A stretch of DNA of 64,000 bases from an uncultured delta proteobacterium (lineage in GTDB: Bacteria > Desulfobacterota > Desulfobaccia > Desulfobaccales > 0-14-0-80-60-11), in contig CAWETI010000002.1 in NCBI GenBank assembly GCA_963812015.1, positions 1,184,001 through 1,248,000 on the forward strand. Reading direction: 5' to 3'. Each line of letters begins with the position of its first letter. Within the stretch, counting starts at the first letter, position 1. Shown here one piece after another: positions 32,229 through 42,659 of the stretch. The translations under genes and the position numbers were made by a program. The notes below the pieces were generated by a model. It had not been told where the DNA came from, ran no database searches, and saw only the letters and a list, made by a program, of their open reading frames with translations.

Positions 32229-32993
32229 TTACTTACTTGCCTCCAGGGCTTTGATCCGTCCCAGGGCCTGCTGGAGCAGGGCGGCGTCCGCTTCGGGATT
32301 GCCGCGGTTCAGAAAATTCCGGTAAGCGGCCAGGGCCTCGTACTTCTGCCCCTGCTGTTCCAGGGCCTGGGCTTTGCTGAAGTAAGCCCGGACGTAATCG
32401 GGATTCAGTTCAATCACCTTTTCGGCGTCGGCCAGGGCCAACTCCGGCTTTTTCAAGGCCAGATAGGCCAGGCTCCGGTTGTAGAGGACCTCCGGGGTCC
32501 CCGGGTGCAGTTTCACGGCCTGGTTATAATCTTTGAGGGCCTCCTGGGCTTTAGCCATATCCAGGTAGGTGTTGCCCCGGTTGTAGTAAATCTGCCAGTC
32601 TTTGGGGGCCAACTTGGCTGCCTGGGTATAGTCGGCCAGGGCCTTGTCAAACACCTGCTGGCGGCTGTAGGCCAGGCCGCGGTTGTAATAGACCTCGGGG
32701 GAGTCCGGGGCCAGTTCCATGGCCTTGTCAAAATCGCCCACTGCGTCGGCCCACTGGTCCAACTTCATTTCGGCGATGCCCCGGTTGATATAGGCTTCCA
32801 CCATCTCCGGGGCCAGCTTCAAAGCCTCGGTAAATTTGGCCGCGGCCAGTGTGGGATTGCCTTGGGCCAGGGCGGCCACGCCTTGCTCAAAGGGGGCTTG
32901 GGCGGGGTCCGGTTCCGGCGCCGCCAGGGCGGTTCCCAGCAGCAGGCTCAGCATGGCCAGGGCCAGGGTAATTTTCAAAAGCTTGGTTCTCAT
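32229..32993 (-). CDS. Secreted TPR-repeat protein
   Basis: Signal peptide plus repeated Y.NRG...A..DY..A..L.P units. Confidence 0.92.
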   Translation of the reverse strand: MRTKLLKITLALAMLSLLLGTALAAPEPDPAQAPFEQGVAALAQGNPTLAAAKFTEALKLAPEMVEAYINRGIAEMKLDQWADAVGDFDKAMELAPDSPEVYYNRGLAYSRQQVFDKALADYTQAAKLAPKDWQIYYNRGNTYLDMAKAQEALKDYNQAVKLHPGTPEVLYNRSLAYLALKKPELALADAEKVIELNPDYVRAYFSKAQALEQQGQKYEALAAYRNFLNRGNPEADAALLQQALGRIKALEASK

Positions 32994-33075
32994 CGGGTTA
33001 GTCTACTCCAATCTCTATCCGGTGCGCACGGCGCACCATGAATGCATGATGATGCCAAAATGGGCGGGGCCCATG

Positions 33076-33306
33076 CTAGTCGTCGTAAGGCGGGTTCGGG
33101 TCCCCGGCCCGCGTGGGGGCTGAGATTTTTTCCAGAAACTCCTTTACCTCTCGGAGGGCTTCCCGGGTGGCTTCCCGGGCGGCGACGAAATCGTACATCA
33201 AATTGTTTTCATCGGCTTCGATGTACTCACTATGTTTAATCATCATTTCGGCCCCCTGGAACAGGCGACCCGCAAAAAACATGAAATAGTGCAAATCGTT
33301 GGCCAT
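33076..33306 (-). CDS. Small hypothetical protein (76 aa)
   Basis: GAGGGG RBS, natural helical composition, co-oriented with neighbours. Confidence 0.65.
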   Translation of the reverse strand: MANDLHYFMFFAGRLFQGAEMMIKHSEYIEADENNLMYDFVAAREATREALREVKEFLEKISAPTRAGDPNPPYDD

Positions 33307-33333
33307 AGTTTCCCTCTGATATCCGCGGGAGTT

Positions 33334-34167
33334 CTAATTCTCTGGTTCCCCCGATCCAATACTATATGTTATAGAGGCTGTGAGGCTCTGCAACTCATTA
33401 ATAAATTGGTTAAATTCTGACGGAGTCTTAAGATATTGAAGAATTGAGTCACTATGGGCAATTTGATTTCTTACGTTTTCAATCAACTTGAAAAAAAGGT
33501 CCCCTTTATGTTTACTTTCAAAAGGTAGCTTAGTTTGTAACATAGGATCACGCTTCAAAATTTCTTTTTTATCAACGAAAGTCGTACACAACAATAATCT
33601 GGTGGGTGTACTATCTTTGTATTTGTCTTTGCACAGCTTCTTTGCCTTTTCAAGGCGTAATGGAGGGAGATATTTAAAATATTGCTCTATTAAAGAATAA
33701 TTTGATAAAAGAAGATCAATGATTTGAGATTCTAATTCCAGAAATAAGGAAAAAAGACAAAGTTTCATTGGCAATTTATCCAAATCTGCATATGTCATTA
33801 CATGAGTTATATCATTGCGACTAAGAACAAAAAAACAATAATGCTTCTCAAATAAAGGTACTAATTAAATAAGAGGAAGCGATGATGAAACTATCATATC
33901 TGGAGATATTGATGTGGCTTTTTCTTTTGCGTTACCTTTTATTGGATTGAAGAAGGCCTCATCATCAAAGATGAGATATCCATAAATATGCTTGGAATCA
34001 CGCACCACACAACACCAATCTTCAATTACATCGAGTTCAGCAAATTGTTCGTTAATACTTTCTAATGATTCATGAGGATAAACATATAACTTGATTCTTT
34101 GAGCTATATCGCTAACACAAAAAGCGTTCGCGATAACCGAATAGTGGGTTAAATTATCATTTTTCAT
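33334..34167 (-). pseudogene. CBS-pair + HEPN-like protein interrupted by one in-frame TAA
   Basis: ORFs 33865-34167 and 33334-33798 share a frame (SSLPLI*LVPLFEKH..TYADL); C-terminal RNQIAH (RX4H); AT-rich. Confidence 0.72.
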
Positions 34168-34277
34168 TCTTAAATTCCTAAATAAATTCTAGCGTTAAGG
34201 CTTTTTACCTTTTAAAATCATTCAAACTGATTTTTTCATTCCCCCTTTACCAATGAGGCATCTTCAGGTTCAAAAAA

Positions 34278-34298
34278 GGTGGGCAATGCCCACCCTAC
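34278..34298 (-). repeat. GTAG-type REP
   Basis: Minus strand GTAGGGTGGGCATTGCCCACC. Confidence 0.8.
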
Positions 34299-34303
34299 GT
34301 GAC

Positions 34304-34711
34304 TCAAGCGGTGTTTGCTTCCCGGGCCCGATTGAGCCCCTCATCCACAAAGTCCTCGTGGGTGCAGGCCGGGTTGATGCCCGGGCAGGCGGTCTTGGCG
34401 TGCTCCAGTTCATCCGGGTCCACCAGCAGGACCGGGAGAAAGGGCCATTGCCGGCAGATAAAAGGCTTCACCGGGTGCACCCGGCAGAGGTTGCCCGCCA
34501 TCAGGAAGACGCAGACCCCGTCGGCCACGGTGAGGCGGGGGCCCATGGGGGAGGCTTCAACAAAGCGGCGGCAGAACTCCACCACGGGCAGCGACAGGAG
34601 CGCGGCCATGGCCTCGACTTCATCGGGCTTGACAAAGATACCCCCCCGGCCGGAGCAGCAGTCGCCGCACTGTTGGCAGTGGAATACGATTGGCTGTTTG
34701 TCCTGGCTCAT
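34304..34711 (-). CDS. YkgJ-family cysteine-cluster protein
   Basis: CQQCGDCC, CVFL, C.VH..KP..CR.WPF, CPG; ATGA overlap with pfkA. Confidence 0.9.
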   Translation of the reverse strand: MSQDKQPIVFHCQQCGDCCSGRGGIFVKPDEVEAMAALLSLPVVEFCRRFVEASPMGPRLTVADGVCVFLMAGNLCRVHPVKPFICRQWPFLPVLLVDPDELEHAKTACPGINPACTHEDFVDEGLNRAREANTA

Positions 34712-36084
34712 AGGTTCTTCAAGGGAGGCTGGCCGGTGGATTCTATGACGCTGCGCCATAGGGGAGAGTCCAGCTCCACATCCTTGCGTTTGCCCACCGC
34801 CGCCGCGATGGGGATGTGCACGTAGTGGCTGTGCCAGCGGCTCACCAGCATGGCGGTCTTGCCGGCCATGCCGGCGTGGACCGCGTTTTGCCCCAGAAAG
34901 CCGCAGTAGATCCGGTCATTGTAGTTGGCCGGCATGCTGCGGATCAGGTAGCTGGGGTCGATATACTTCAGGTTGATCTCCACATCCCGCTGTTTGAAGT
35001 AATCCTTGATCTCATCCTGGAGAAAGTGCCCGATGTTCCCGGGCTTGATATTGCCCGAGGGGTCGCGTTCCCGGTTTTCCTCGGTGAAATACCGCTCCCC
35101 GGCGCCTTCGGCCACCACGATGAGGGCGTGGCGCCGCTGTTGGAGACGCGTTTCCAGGTTGGCGAGCAGACCGCACTCGCCGTCCAGATCGAAATCCACC
35201 TCGGGGATCAGGACGTAATTGACTTCCCGCAGGGCCAGGGTGGCGGTGGCGGCGATGAAGCCGGAGTACCGCCCCATGAGCTTCACCAGGCCGATGCCGT
35301 TGGGGGAGCCGACGGCTTCGGTGTGGGCCGCATGAATGGCTTCGGTGGCCATCTCCACGGCGCTGTCAAACCCGAAGGACCGGCTCACCAGGGCGATGTC
35401 GTTGTCAATGGTCTTGGGAATGACGATGACGCTGATGCGCAACTCCCGGCGGGTGATCTCCTTGCAGATCTCCGAGGCCGCCTTCAGGGTGCCGTCGCCG
35501 CCGATGAGGAAGAGGATGCGAATATTGATGCGGTCCAGGGCGTCCACGATCTCGCCGATGTCCTGGGGACCCCGGGAGGTGGATAACACCGTGCCTCCGA
35601 AGATATGGATATTGGCCACCACCTCGGGGGTAAGGTCCATCAGGTCATGGCCGTACTTGGGGATAAAGCCCTGGAGGCCGTAGCGCACCCCGTAGATATG
35701 CCGCACCCCGTAAATATGGTAGAGCTCCAGGACGATGGCCCGGATGACATCGTTGGTGCCGGGGCACAGGCCGCCACAGGTGGCGATGGCGCAATGCACC
35801 TTGGGGGGGTCGAAGTAGATGTGGGACCGGGGGCCGGCCATCTCCAGGGTGAGGGGCGTCGCTCCCGGGGCCAGGCTCTCGGCATAGTCCAGGGCGTCAT
35901 GGACCAGGACCCGGTCGGTGTCCGGAACAAAGCTCTTTTCCACGACCCGGCCACGCCGGTCCATCATGGAATATTTCGGGATCGGGCTTTGCACTTTGGG
36001 TGCGCCCAAAGCGGGGATTTCGGTGGGAAAATGTTCAAATTTCATCGGGGATTGCTTTCCTTTGCGCTTTTTCACCATCGCCAC
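34708..36084 (-). CDS. pfkA: ATP-dependent 6-phosphofructokinase (group X type)
   Basis: TCGGLCPG, GGDGT, PKTIDND, LMGRYSG, YIDPSY.IRS. Confidence 0.93.
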   Translation of the reverse strand: MAMVKKRKGKQSPMKFEHFPTEIPALGAPKVQSPIPKYSMMDRRGRVVEKSFVPDTDRVLVHDALDYAESLAPGATPLTLEMAGPRSHIYFDPPKVHCAIATCGGLCPGTNDVIRAIVLELYHIYGVRHIYGVRYGLQGFIPKYGHDLMDLTPEVVANIHIFGGTVLSTSRGPQDIGEIVDALDRINIRILFLIGGDGTLKAASEICKEITRRELRISVIVIPKTIDNDIALVSRSFGFDSAVEMATEAIHAAHTEAVGSPNGIGLVKLMGRYSGFIAATATLALREVNYVLIPEVDFDLDGECGLLANLETRLQQRRHALIVVAEGAGERYFTEENRERDPSGNIKPGNIGHFLQDEIKDYFKQRDVEINLKYIDPSYLIRSMPANYNDRIYCGFLGQNAVHAGMAGKTAMLVSRWHSHYVHIPIAAAVGKRKDVELDSPLWRSVIESTGQPPLKNL

Positions 36085-36229
36085 ACCGCTCAGTTATGCT
36101 GGCCCGTTGCCAAAGGGTTCCACTGGTTCCGAGCCAGGCCGGCGCCGGCTTACCAAAGGGACGAGGGTAAAACAGGGCTTCGAAAGTTTATCTTAAACCC
36201 TCCCCCCCGGAGAACACAAGAGACAAATC

Positions 36230-37381
36230 TCACCAGGTTTCGGTCATGGCCTCCATCTCATCTTTTAGTTCCCGGGCCATCAACTTTTTGATGGCCTCCC
36301 TGGGGGCGAGATTCTCATAGAGAATTTTATACGAGGCGGTGACCAGGGGCATCTCCACTCCCAGACGCGCCGCCAGGAGATAGACGGCCCGGGAGGTCTT
36401 GACGCCTTCCGCCACCATGGCCATGCCGGCCAGGATCTGGTCCAGGGGGATACCCTGGCCCAATTTCACCCCCACCTGGAAATTGCGGCTCTGGCTGCCG
36501 GTACAGGTGAGGATCAGGTCGCCCAGGCCCGCCAGGCCGGTGAGGGTCATGGGGTTGGCGCCCAGCCGGGTCCCCAGCCGGACCATTTCGGCCAGTCCCC
36601 GGGTGATGAGGGCCGCCCGGGGATTGTCTCCCAGTCCCATGCCAGAAAGTATGCCGGTGCCGATGGCAAAGATATTTTTCAGGGCGCCCCCCAACTCCAC
36701 GCCGGTGACATCGTGGGAAGTGTAGACCCGGAAAGAGGGGGCGGAAAAGCGCTTCTGGAGCGAGTGGGCGATCTCCCGCCGCCGGGAGGCCACGGTCACC
36801 GCGGTGGGCTGCTTCTGGGCCACTTCCCGGGCGAAACTGGGCCCGGCCAGCACCGCGTAAGGAAGTTCCGCCCCCATTTCCTCCCGGGCCACCCCTTCCA
36901 TGGACAGCAGCGAGTCGATCTCCATGCCCTTGGTGGCGCTGACCAGGACCATCCCCGGGGCCCAATGGGCTTTCAGGTCCCGCAAGACCTGGCGGAACAC
37001 GTGGGAGGGAACCACCATCAGGACCACCGCGGCATCCCTCAGGGCCACCGGGAATTCGGCGGTGAAGGTGAGCCGGGAGGAGAGCCGCACTCCGGGGAGA
37101 AAGGTGTGATTGATCCGGTCCCGGCGCAGGCCTGCCAAGACGTCCGGTTCCCGGACCCAGAGGCGGACGTCCTGGCCTTTTTCGGCCAGGAGCTGCGCCA
37201 GGGTGGTGCCCCAACTGCCGGCGCCGATCACCGCAATGGGCTGGTGAATTTGCGCAGCATGCGGGTTGCCTTCACCCCCGCCCTCCCCCCTCGAGGGGGA
37301 GGGGGAGGAGGCCTGAGCTTCTTTTATGCCCTTAGGAAAAGTCTCAGGTGAGTCCAAGATCGGCCTCGGGGTCGCCGTCAT
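36230..37381 (-). CDS. gpsA: NAD(P)H-dependent glycerol-3-phosphate dehydrogenase with a repeat-containing N-terminal extension
   Basis: GAGSWGT, ATKG, GPSFA.EV, GALKN, GLGDL.LTC...SRN. Confidence 0.96.
   Translation of the reverse strand: MTATPRPILDSPETFPKGIKEAQASSPSPSRGEGGGEGNPHAAQIHQPIAVIGAGSWGTTLAQLLAEKGQDVRLWVREPDVLAGLRRDRINHTFLPGVRLSSRLTFTAEFPVALRDAAVVLMVVPSHVFRQVLRDLKAHWAPGMVLVSATKGMEIDSLLSMEGVAREEMGAELPYAVLAGPSFAREVAQKQPTAVTVASRRREIAHSLQKRFSAPSFRVYTSHDVTGVELGGALKNIFAIGTGILSGMGLGDNPRAALITRGLAEMVRLGTRLGANPMTLTGLAGLGDLILTCTGSQSRNFQVGVKLGQGIPLDQILAGMAMVAEGVKTSRAVYLLAARLGVEMPLVTASYKILYENLAPREAIKKLMARELKDEMEAMTETW
37269..37310. repeat. Palindromic element, family B, inside the gpsA 5' coding region
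   Basis: CCTTCACCCCCGCCCTCCCCCCTCGAGGGGGAGGGG; related to 25146-25190. Confidence 0.7.
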
Positions 37382-39851
37382 CGCTTTTTTCCGCCACCTT
37401 GGCCAGGCTCACCACCCGTTCTTCGGATTCCAGGTCCATGAGTTTGACTCCCTGGGTGACCCGGCCGATCAAAGAGACGCCTTTGGCGATCATGCGCAGG
37501 ATCTTGCCGCCATCGGTGACCAGCATGATTTCATCGTCTTCGTTCACCTGGAGGATGGCCATGATGGGGCCGTTGCGATCGGTGATGTTCAGGCCCCGGA
37601 CCCCCAGGCCCCCCCGGTGATGCTGGGGATACTTCTTCGGGTCGGTGCGCTTGCCGAAGCCCCGCTCCGTCACCGTGAGGATGGTGCCGGCGGGACGCAG
37701 CACTTCCATGCCCACCACCCGGTCATCCGGAGCTACCTCCATACCCTTGACGCCCCGGGCGGTCCGGCCCATGTCCCGCACTTCCGCGGTGGGGAAGCGA
37801 ATGATCTTGCCCTGTCTAGTGCCGATGACGATGCTCTGGTCCGGCTCACTCAGGGCGGCGCTCACCAGTTCATCCTCGGGGTCCAGGCTCAGGGCGATGA
37901 TCCCGCCGGTCCGGGGCCGCTGGAAGTTCATCAGGTCGGTTTTCTTAATGATGCCCCGTTGCGTGGCCATCACCAGAGAGGGTCCCGGGGTGAATTCCCG
38001 CACCGGCAGGATGGTGGCCAGCTTTTCGCCCTCGCCCAACTGCAGCAGGTTGACGATGGCCTTGCCCTGGGCCGTGGGCGAGCCGATGGGAATCTCGTGG
38101 ACCTTGAGCCAGAACACCCGGCCCTTGTTGGTGAACACCAGAAAATAGCTGTGGGTGGAGGCGATATAGAGCTGGGAAACGAAATCGTTTTCCCGGGTGA
38201 TCATGCCCATACGGCCCTTGCCGCCCCGGCGCTGGCTGCGGTAGATGGTCAGGGGGGTGCGCTTGATGTAACTCCGGTGGCTGATGGTCACCACCATGTC
38301 TTCATCGGCGATGAGGTCTTCGGCGGTGAATTCCTGGGCCTGGGGCACGATTTCGGTGCGGCGGCCGTCGCCGTAGCGTTCCTTGAGCTCGGTCAACTCC
38401 TGGACGATGAGGGCCTTGACCTGGGCCTCTTCCGCCAGAATCAGGCGCAGGCGCTGGATGGCGGCCCTGACCTCTTCGGCCTCATTAATGATCTTCTGAC
38501 GTTCCAGGCCGGTGAGGCGCTGCAGCCGCATCTCCAGGATGGCCTGGGCCTGGGTCTCGGAGAGGGCGTAGCGGCTGCGGGTTTCTTCCAGGGTGGCCTC
38601 AGGCTCGGCTTTCAGGATGAACAGCCCGGCCATCAATTGCTGTTTGGCCTCGGGAGGGGTGGCCGCGGCCCGAATCATGGCGATGACCTGGTCCAGCCAG
38701 TCCAGGGCGATGAGGAAGCCTTCCAGGATGTGGGCCCGGGCCTCCGCCTGCTTCAACTCATAGCGGGTGCGCCGGAGGATCACCTCCCGGCGGTGCTCCA
38801 GAAAATGGTGCAGCAGGTCCTTGAGACTGAGGATCTCCGGCCGGTTGTGGACGATGGCCACCAGGTTGATCCCGAAGGTAACCTGCATGTTGGTGTGGAT
38901 ATACAACTGGTTCAGGATGGGTTGAGGCAACTCATCCTTCTTGAGCATGATGGATACCCGGAGTCCTTCCCGGTCCGACTCGTCCCGGATGTCGGCAATG
39001 CCTTCAATCTTCTTGTCTTTCACCAGTTCGGCGATGCGCTCGATGAGCCGGGCCTTATTCACCTGGTAGGGCAGCTCCCGGATGATCAGGCTATCCCGGC
39101 CGCCCTTGTGCTCGACGCTCACCTTGGCCCGAATGCGGATGAGGCCCCGGCCGGTGCGGTAAGCTTCGGCGATGCCCTCGGCCCCGTAGATAAAGCCGCC
39201 GGTGGGAAAATCAGGCCCCGGGATCATGGTCATCAGTTCTTCCAGGGTGATGTCCGGGTTGTTCAGGGTGGCCAGGAGGGCGTCGCAGACTTCGTCCAGG
39301 CTGTGGGGCGGGATGTTGGTGGCCATGCCCACCGCGATGCCCGAGGAGCCGTTGATTAGGAGGTTGGGCAGGCGAGTGGGCATCACCAGGGGCTCTTTCA
39401 GGGAGCCGTCGTAGTTGCCCACGAAGTCCACCGTGTCTTTCTCCAGGTCCTGGAGGAGCTCGTGCGCCAGCCGGGTGAGACGCACCTCGGTGTAACGCAT
39501 GGCCGCGGGGGAGTCGCCGTCGATGGAGCCGAAGTTGCCCTGGCCGTCCACCAGGGGGTAGCGCAGGGAAAAGTCCTGGGCCATGCGCACCATGGCGTCA
39601 TAGACCGCGGTGTCGCCGTGGGGGTGGTATTTACCGATGACATCCCCGACGATGCGGGCGCTCTTGCGGTAGGGCCGGTTCCAGTCGTTGCCGCCTTCGC
39701 TCATGGCGAACAGTATCCGGCGGTGCACGGGTTTGAGCCCGTCCCGCACGTCGGGCAACGCCCGGCCGATAATGACGCTCAAGGCGTATTCCAGGTAGGA
39801 CTTCTGGATTTCATCTTCAATGTTGATCGGTACGGCGCGGGTTTCCATCAT
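37344..39851 (-). CDS. gyrA: DNA gyrase subunit A
   Basis: [23 protein letters not shown], GyrA-box QRRGGKG. Confidence 0.99.
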   Translation of the reverse strand: MMETRAVPINIEDEIQKSYLEYALSVIIGRALPDVRDGLKPVHRRILFAMSEGGNDWNRPYRKSARIVGDVIGKYHPHGDTAVYDAMVRMAQDFSLRYPLVDGQGNFGSIDGDSPAAMRYTEVRLTRLAHELLQDLEKDTVDFVGNYDGSLKEPLVMPTRLPNLLINGSSGIAVGMATNIPPHSLDEVCDALLATLNNPDITLEELMTMIPGPDFPTGGFIYGAEGIAEAYRTGRGLIRIRAKVSVEHKGGRDSLIIRELPYQVNKARLIERIAELVKDKKIEGIADIRDESDREGLRVSIMLKKDELPQPILNQLYIHTNMQVTFGINLVAIVHNRPEILSLKDLLHHFLEHRREVILRRTRYELKQAEARAHILEGFLIALDWLDQVIAMIRAAATPPEAKQQLMAGLFILKAEPEATLEETRSRYALSETQAQAILEMRLQRLTGLERQKIINEAEEVRAAIQRLRLILAEEAQVKALIVQELTELKERYGDGRRTEIVPQAQEFTAEDLIADEDMVVTISHRSYIKRTPLTIYRSQRRGGKGRMGMITRENDFVSQLYIASTHSYFLVFTNKGRVFWLKVHEIPIGSPTAQGKAIVNLLQLGEGEKLATILPVREFTPGPSLVMATQRGIIKKTDLMNFQRPRTGGIIALSLDPEDELVSAALSEPDQSIVIGTRQGKIIRFPTAEVRDMGRTARGVKGMEVAPDDRVVGMEVLRPAGTILTVTERGFGKRTDPKKYPQHHRGGLGVRGLNITDRNGPIMAILQVNEDDEIMLVTDGGKILRMIAKGVSLIGRVTQGVKLMDLESEERVVSLAKVAEKSDDGDPEADLGLT

Positions 39852-39918
39852 AGTGAATAGGCTCGGCTGTTTATTTGAAGGGTCCAGGGTTAATTACCTA
39901 CTGTAAATCGATTATTTA

Positions 39919-40125
39919 TTACAGGTCCCTTTCATCAAGACCTGCTATTTTCATAAGATGATTAAGAAGTCCAGCTTTCAACAAAGCATTACTATGAATG
40001 GGTACCGAAAGCCTTACGATGCTGCCGGGTTTCCCATAAATATGGTGACTTCCACTTACCCGTAACAATTTCCAGCCGTGTCTTTCAAGGGATTTTGCAA
40101 ACTCCTTGCCGGAAATGGATTTCAT
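39919..40125 (-). CDS. hicA: HicA-family toxin
   Basis: LE..GW...R..GSHH.Y......VP.H...L..G.L. Confidence 0.92.
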   Translation of the reverse strand: MKSISGKEFAKSLERHGWKLLRVSGSHHIYGKPGSIVRLSVPIHSNALLKAGLLNHLMKIAGLDERDL

Positions 40126-40319
40126 ATGGCGATTTCAAACACCCGGCCATCAGGCTTTGGTTCATCTAAGTCCACCGAGAGGCACCCCTCCACAGCCTCG
40201 TAGAGGTTTTTCAGCAGTTCTTCGAAAGTCTCCCCCTGGGTAGCGCAGCCTGGGATAGCCGGCACCTCGGCCCAATAACCCCCTTCTTCCGCTTCATGGA
40301 CTATGACTTTAATTTTCAT
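40122..40319 (-). CDS. hicB: Short HicB-family antitoxin (upstream of hicA)
   Basis: EEGGYWAEVPAIPGCATQGET.EE...N..EA; ATGA overlap with hicA. Confidence 0.92.
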   Translation of the reverse strand: MKIKVIVHEAEEGGYWAEVPAIPGCATQGETFEELLKNLYEAVEGCLSVDLDEPKPDGRVFEIAI

Positions 40320-40329
40320 ATGAAAAATC

Positions 40330-40752
40330 CTATAATATTTTTTCAGTTTCTGGTGCCTGAATCACAGAGCCAATCATGTGATCAAACCATCCATGTCCGA
40401 TCTTCAAGATGTACTCTGGAGCACCACCTGCTCTGACTGACATTGAACCTGGCTTGTCGTCTCTCATAAACTCAATATCGAGAGGCAATCCGCCCTCGTG
40501 AACCAACTGACAACGTAGCCATTTGTATAAAATGTGTTCAATGGAGTGACACTCACCTCGATACTCGACACTCAACCTGACTGAATGAGCGTCACGTAAG
40601 AATTGCTCAAAACACTCACGGTCTTTCATCTTTGGATATCATAGACGCGCAGTAGCGGCTACTGCGATTAGTGCGGAAAGAAAGGCTCCCTCCTTGCGCC
40701 CGTTCTTCCAAAGCAAAAGAGCGTCATCGATACGATTGCGAATACCTAACAT
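40330..40752 (-). pseudogene. HEPN-like protein interrupted by an in-frame TGA at 40639-40641
   Basis: MLGIRNRIDDALLLW...AATARL*YPKMKDRECF...YKWLRCQLVHEG (RX4H); lower GC than host. Confidence 0.65.
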
Positions 40753-40803
40753 GGCTCGTGATGTACAAAGGCTAACATTCTCTTGTATGCCTGTTCCTTC
40801 CGG

Positions 40804-41109
40804 TTAAGCGGAATAAACGACCTCTTTGGTCGTTAAGATTTCATGACGCCGAAATGGATTACGGATGGCATCCTTCTCGACCAGATCGACCCCCCGACCG
40901 AAAATTTCGGCAAGCTCGTCCAATATCTCCACTCGGTTATCAAACGTGATTCCTCCACCTGGCTCGAAACTCACCAGAACATCCACATCACTATCAGGCC
41001 GAAAATCTTCCCGCAGGACCGACCCGAACAGGGCAAACTCTTTAATCCGCCAGCGGCGGCAGAAGTCTTCGATCTGCTTTAACGGAATTTGTATTTTGGT
41101 TTGGGGCAT
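40804..41109 (-). CDS. Minimal nucleotidyltransferase (MntA-type antitoxin)
   Basis: LFGSVLREDFRPDSDVDVLV, FGR.VDLV. Confidence 0.9.
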   Translation of the reverse strand: MPQTKIQIPLKQIEDFCRRWRIKEFALFGSVLREDFRPDSDVDVLVSFEPGGGITFDNRVEILDELAEIFGRGVDLVEKDAIRNPFRRHEILTTKEVVYSA

Positions 41110-41148
41110 GATTTTCTCGATACTTTCTATCTCAGTTCGCAACTAACA

Positions 41149-41199
41149 GGTGGCGCAGGCGTCTCGCCTGTGCAGGCGCAGGCTGAAGCCTGCGGCTAC
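41149..41199. repeat. Inverted pair of REP-like hairpins
   Basis: GGTGGCGCAGGCGTCTCGCCTGTGC and GCAGGCTGAAGCCTGCGGCTAC; same family as 13869 and 25201. Confidence 0.75.
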
Positions 41200-41208
41200 A
41201 AAAAATCA

Positions 41209-41358
41209 TTAGCAGCCCAGGCAACCATCTAAGGCTTCGTAGAGGTTTTTCAGCAGTTCTTTAAAAGTTTCCCCTTGGGTGGCGCAGCCGGGGATAGCCG
41301 GCACCTCGGCCCAATAACCCCCTTCTTCCGCTTCATGGACTATGACTTTAATTTTCAT
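41209..41358 (-). pseudogene. hicB: Second, truncated hicB copy (49 aa)
   Basis: About 120 bp near-identical to 40197-40319; reads MKIKVIVHEAEEGGYW...NLYEALDGCLGC*. Confidence 0.8.
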
Positions 41359-41370
41359 GGCTTTAACACC

Positions 41371-42477
41371 CTACGGGTTTATGGTCGTCTGATAGACAAA
41401 CTGCCCCTGCTCCACCTTGATGATCGTCACTCCTTTGATGGGGTTGTGGTTCGGGCCCATGGTGGTGGTCCCGGTGACCCCGGCAAAGTTTTGGGTGGCG
41501 GCCAGGGCCTGGGCCACCTTGGCCCCGTCGGCGCCGCCGGCCCGATGCATGGCCGCGGTCAGGAGAAAATAGCTGTCGCCGCCCAGGGCAGAGAACCCAT
41601 CCACCGGCTTATGGTAGGCGGCTTCATAGGCCTGCATGAACCTTTTGCCCAAATCCGTATTAATCCCTTGCCGGTGAAAGTGGGCGGTGAAATACATGCC
41701 GTCCACCGCCGGGCCGCCGATGGTCAGCAGTTCGGGCACCTGGGCTCCGTCACCGGTGAGGATGGGGATTTTCAGCCCCAGATCCTGGACCTGTTTGGCC
41801 AACAGCGCATCCTCGGCATAATAATTGGGCGCATAAATCAGGTCAGGATTGGCCCCTTTCAGGGCGGAAATCTGGGCGGTAAAATCCTGGTCGCCGGTCT
41901 GGATATAACTGGTGGCCACAATCCGGCCACCCCGGCGCTGGAATTCCTCCTTGAAAAAATTGGCCAGCCCGACACAGTAATCCTGGGCCTGGTCGATGAG
42001 CAGCGCCACCTTCCGAGCCTTGAGGTCTTCCCAGGCAAACCGGGCCGCGATCCGGCCCTGGAGACCGTCCTCAAAACAGGCCCTAAAGGCGTATTGGCGG
42101 TTCTGGGTCACCAGGGGGCTGGTGGCGGTGGGAGAGATATTGGGAATGCCGGCCCGCTCGGCAATGGGTACGCCCGCCAGGGTGTCGCTGCTGATCACTT
42201 CGCCGATGATGACCGCCACCCGGTCTTTCTCAATGAGGCGGCTCACGGCGTTGGCCGCTTCGATCCGGTCGCTCCGGGTGTCCACCAGGATCAGCTTGAC
42301 GGGCTGCCCCAACACCTGGGGCTGGAGCTTATGCGCCACCTGGACCCCTTCCCAGACCATCTGGCCCATGGCCGCCGCCGAGCCGGTCATGGGCAGATAT
42401 AAGCCGATCTTGATGTCCGCCGCGGCCGGGGCCGTCAACCAGAGCAGGATGCCGGCGATGAGTAACAAGCGTTTTAT
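41371..42477 (-). CDS. Branched-chain amino acid-type ABC substrate-binding protein (LivJ/K-like), orphan
   Basis: IKIG...PMTG..A..G, ISPTATSP, FRACF.D..QG, DFTAQI; start is ATA 42477 or TTG 42468. Confidence 0.9.
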   Translation of the reverse strand: MKRLLLIAGILLWLTAPAAADIKIGLYLPMTGSAAAMGQMVWEGVQVAHKLQPQVLGQPVKLILVDTRSDRIEAANAVSRLIEKDRVAVIIGEVISSDTLAGVPIAERAGIPNISPTATSPLVTQNRQYAFRACFEDGLQGRIAARFAWEDLKARKVALLIDQAQDYCVGLANFFKEEFQRRGGRIVATSYIQTGDQDFTAQISALKGANPDLIYAPNYYAEDALLAKQVQDLGLKIPILTGDGAQVPELLTIGGPAVDGMYFTAHFHRQGINTDLGKRFMQAYEAAYHKPVDGFSALGGDSYFLLTAAMHRAGGADGAKVAQALAATQNFAGVTGTTTMGPNHNPIKGVTIIKVEQGQFVYQTTINP

Positions 42478-42659
42478 GGCCTCTTCTCCCGGTCCAGGGG
42501 GAAAAGGGATAGAGCCATGAATGTGAATTCATCTTGGGGCTTTTTGCCTTTTTCCCGCCCAACGCTCTTCAATGCTTGTTCCCCCCCATTATCATAACTA
42601 TAATAGCAGAAAAAACTTGCGCCGGGAAGGAATTCCGGCCCCGATGACGAGGTGCGCCC

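Noticed and set aside
40639..40641. In-frame TGA as selenocysteine
   Set aside because: The context ARL*YP fits Arg (CGA to TGA), it is not a redox motif, and I see no convincing SECIS hairpin.
40320..40790. Integron cassette interpretation (GTTAGCC shortly before the HEPN ATG)
   Set aside because: No matching RYYYAAC or attC hairpin after the gene, and no integrase in the window.
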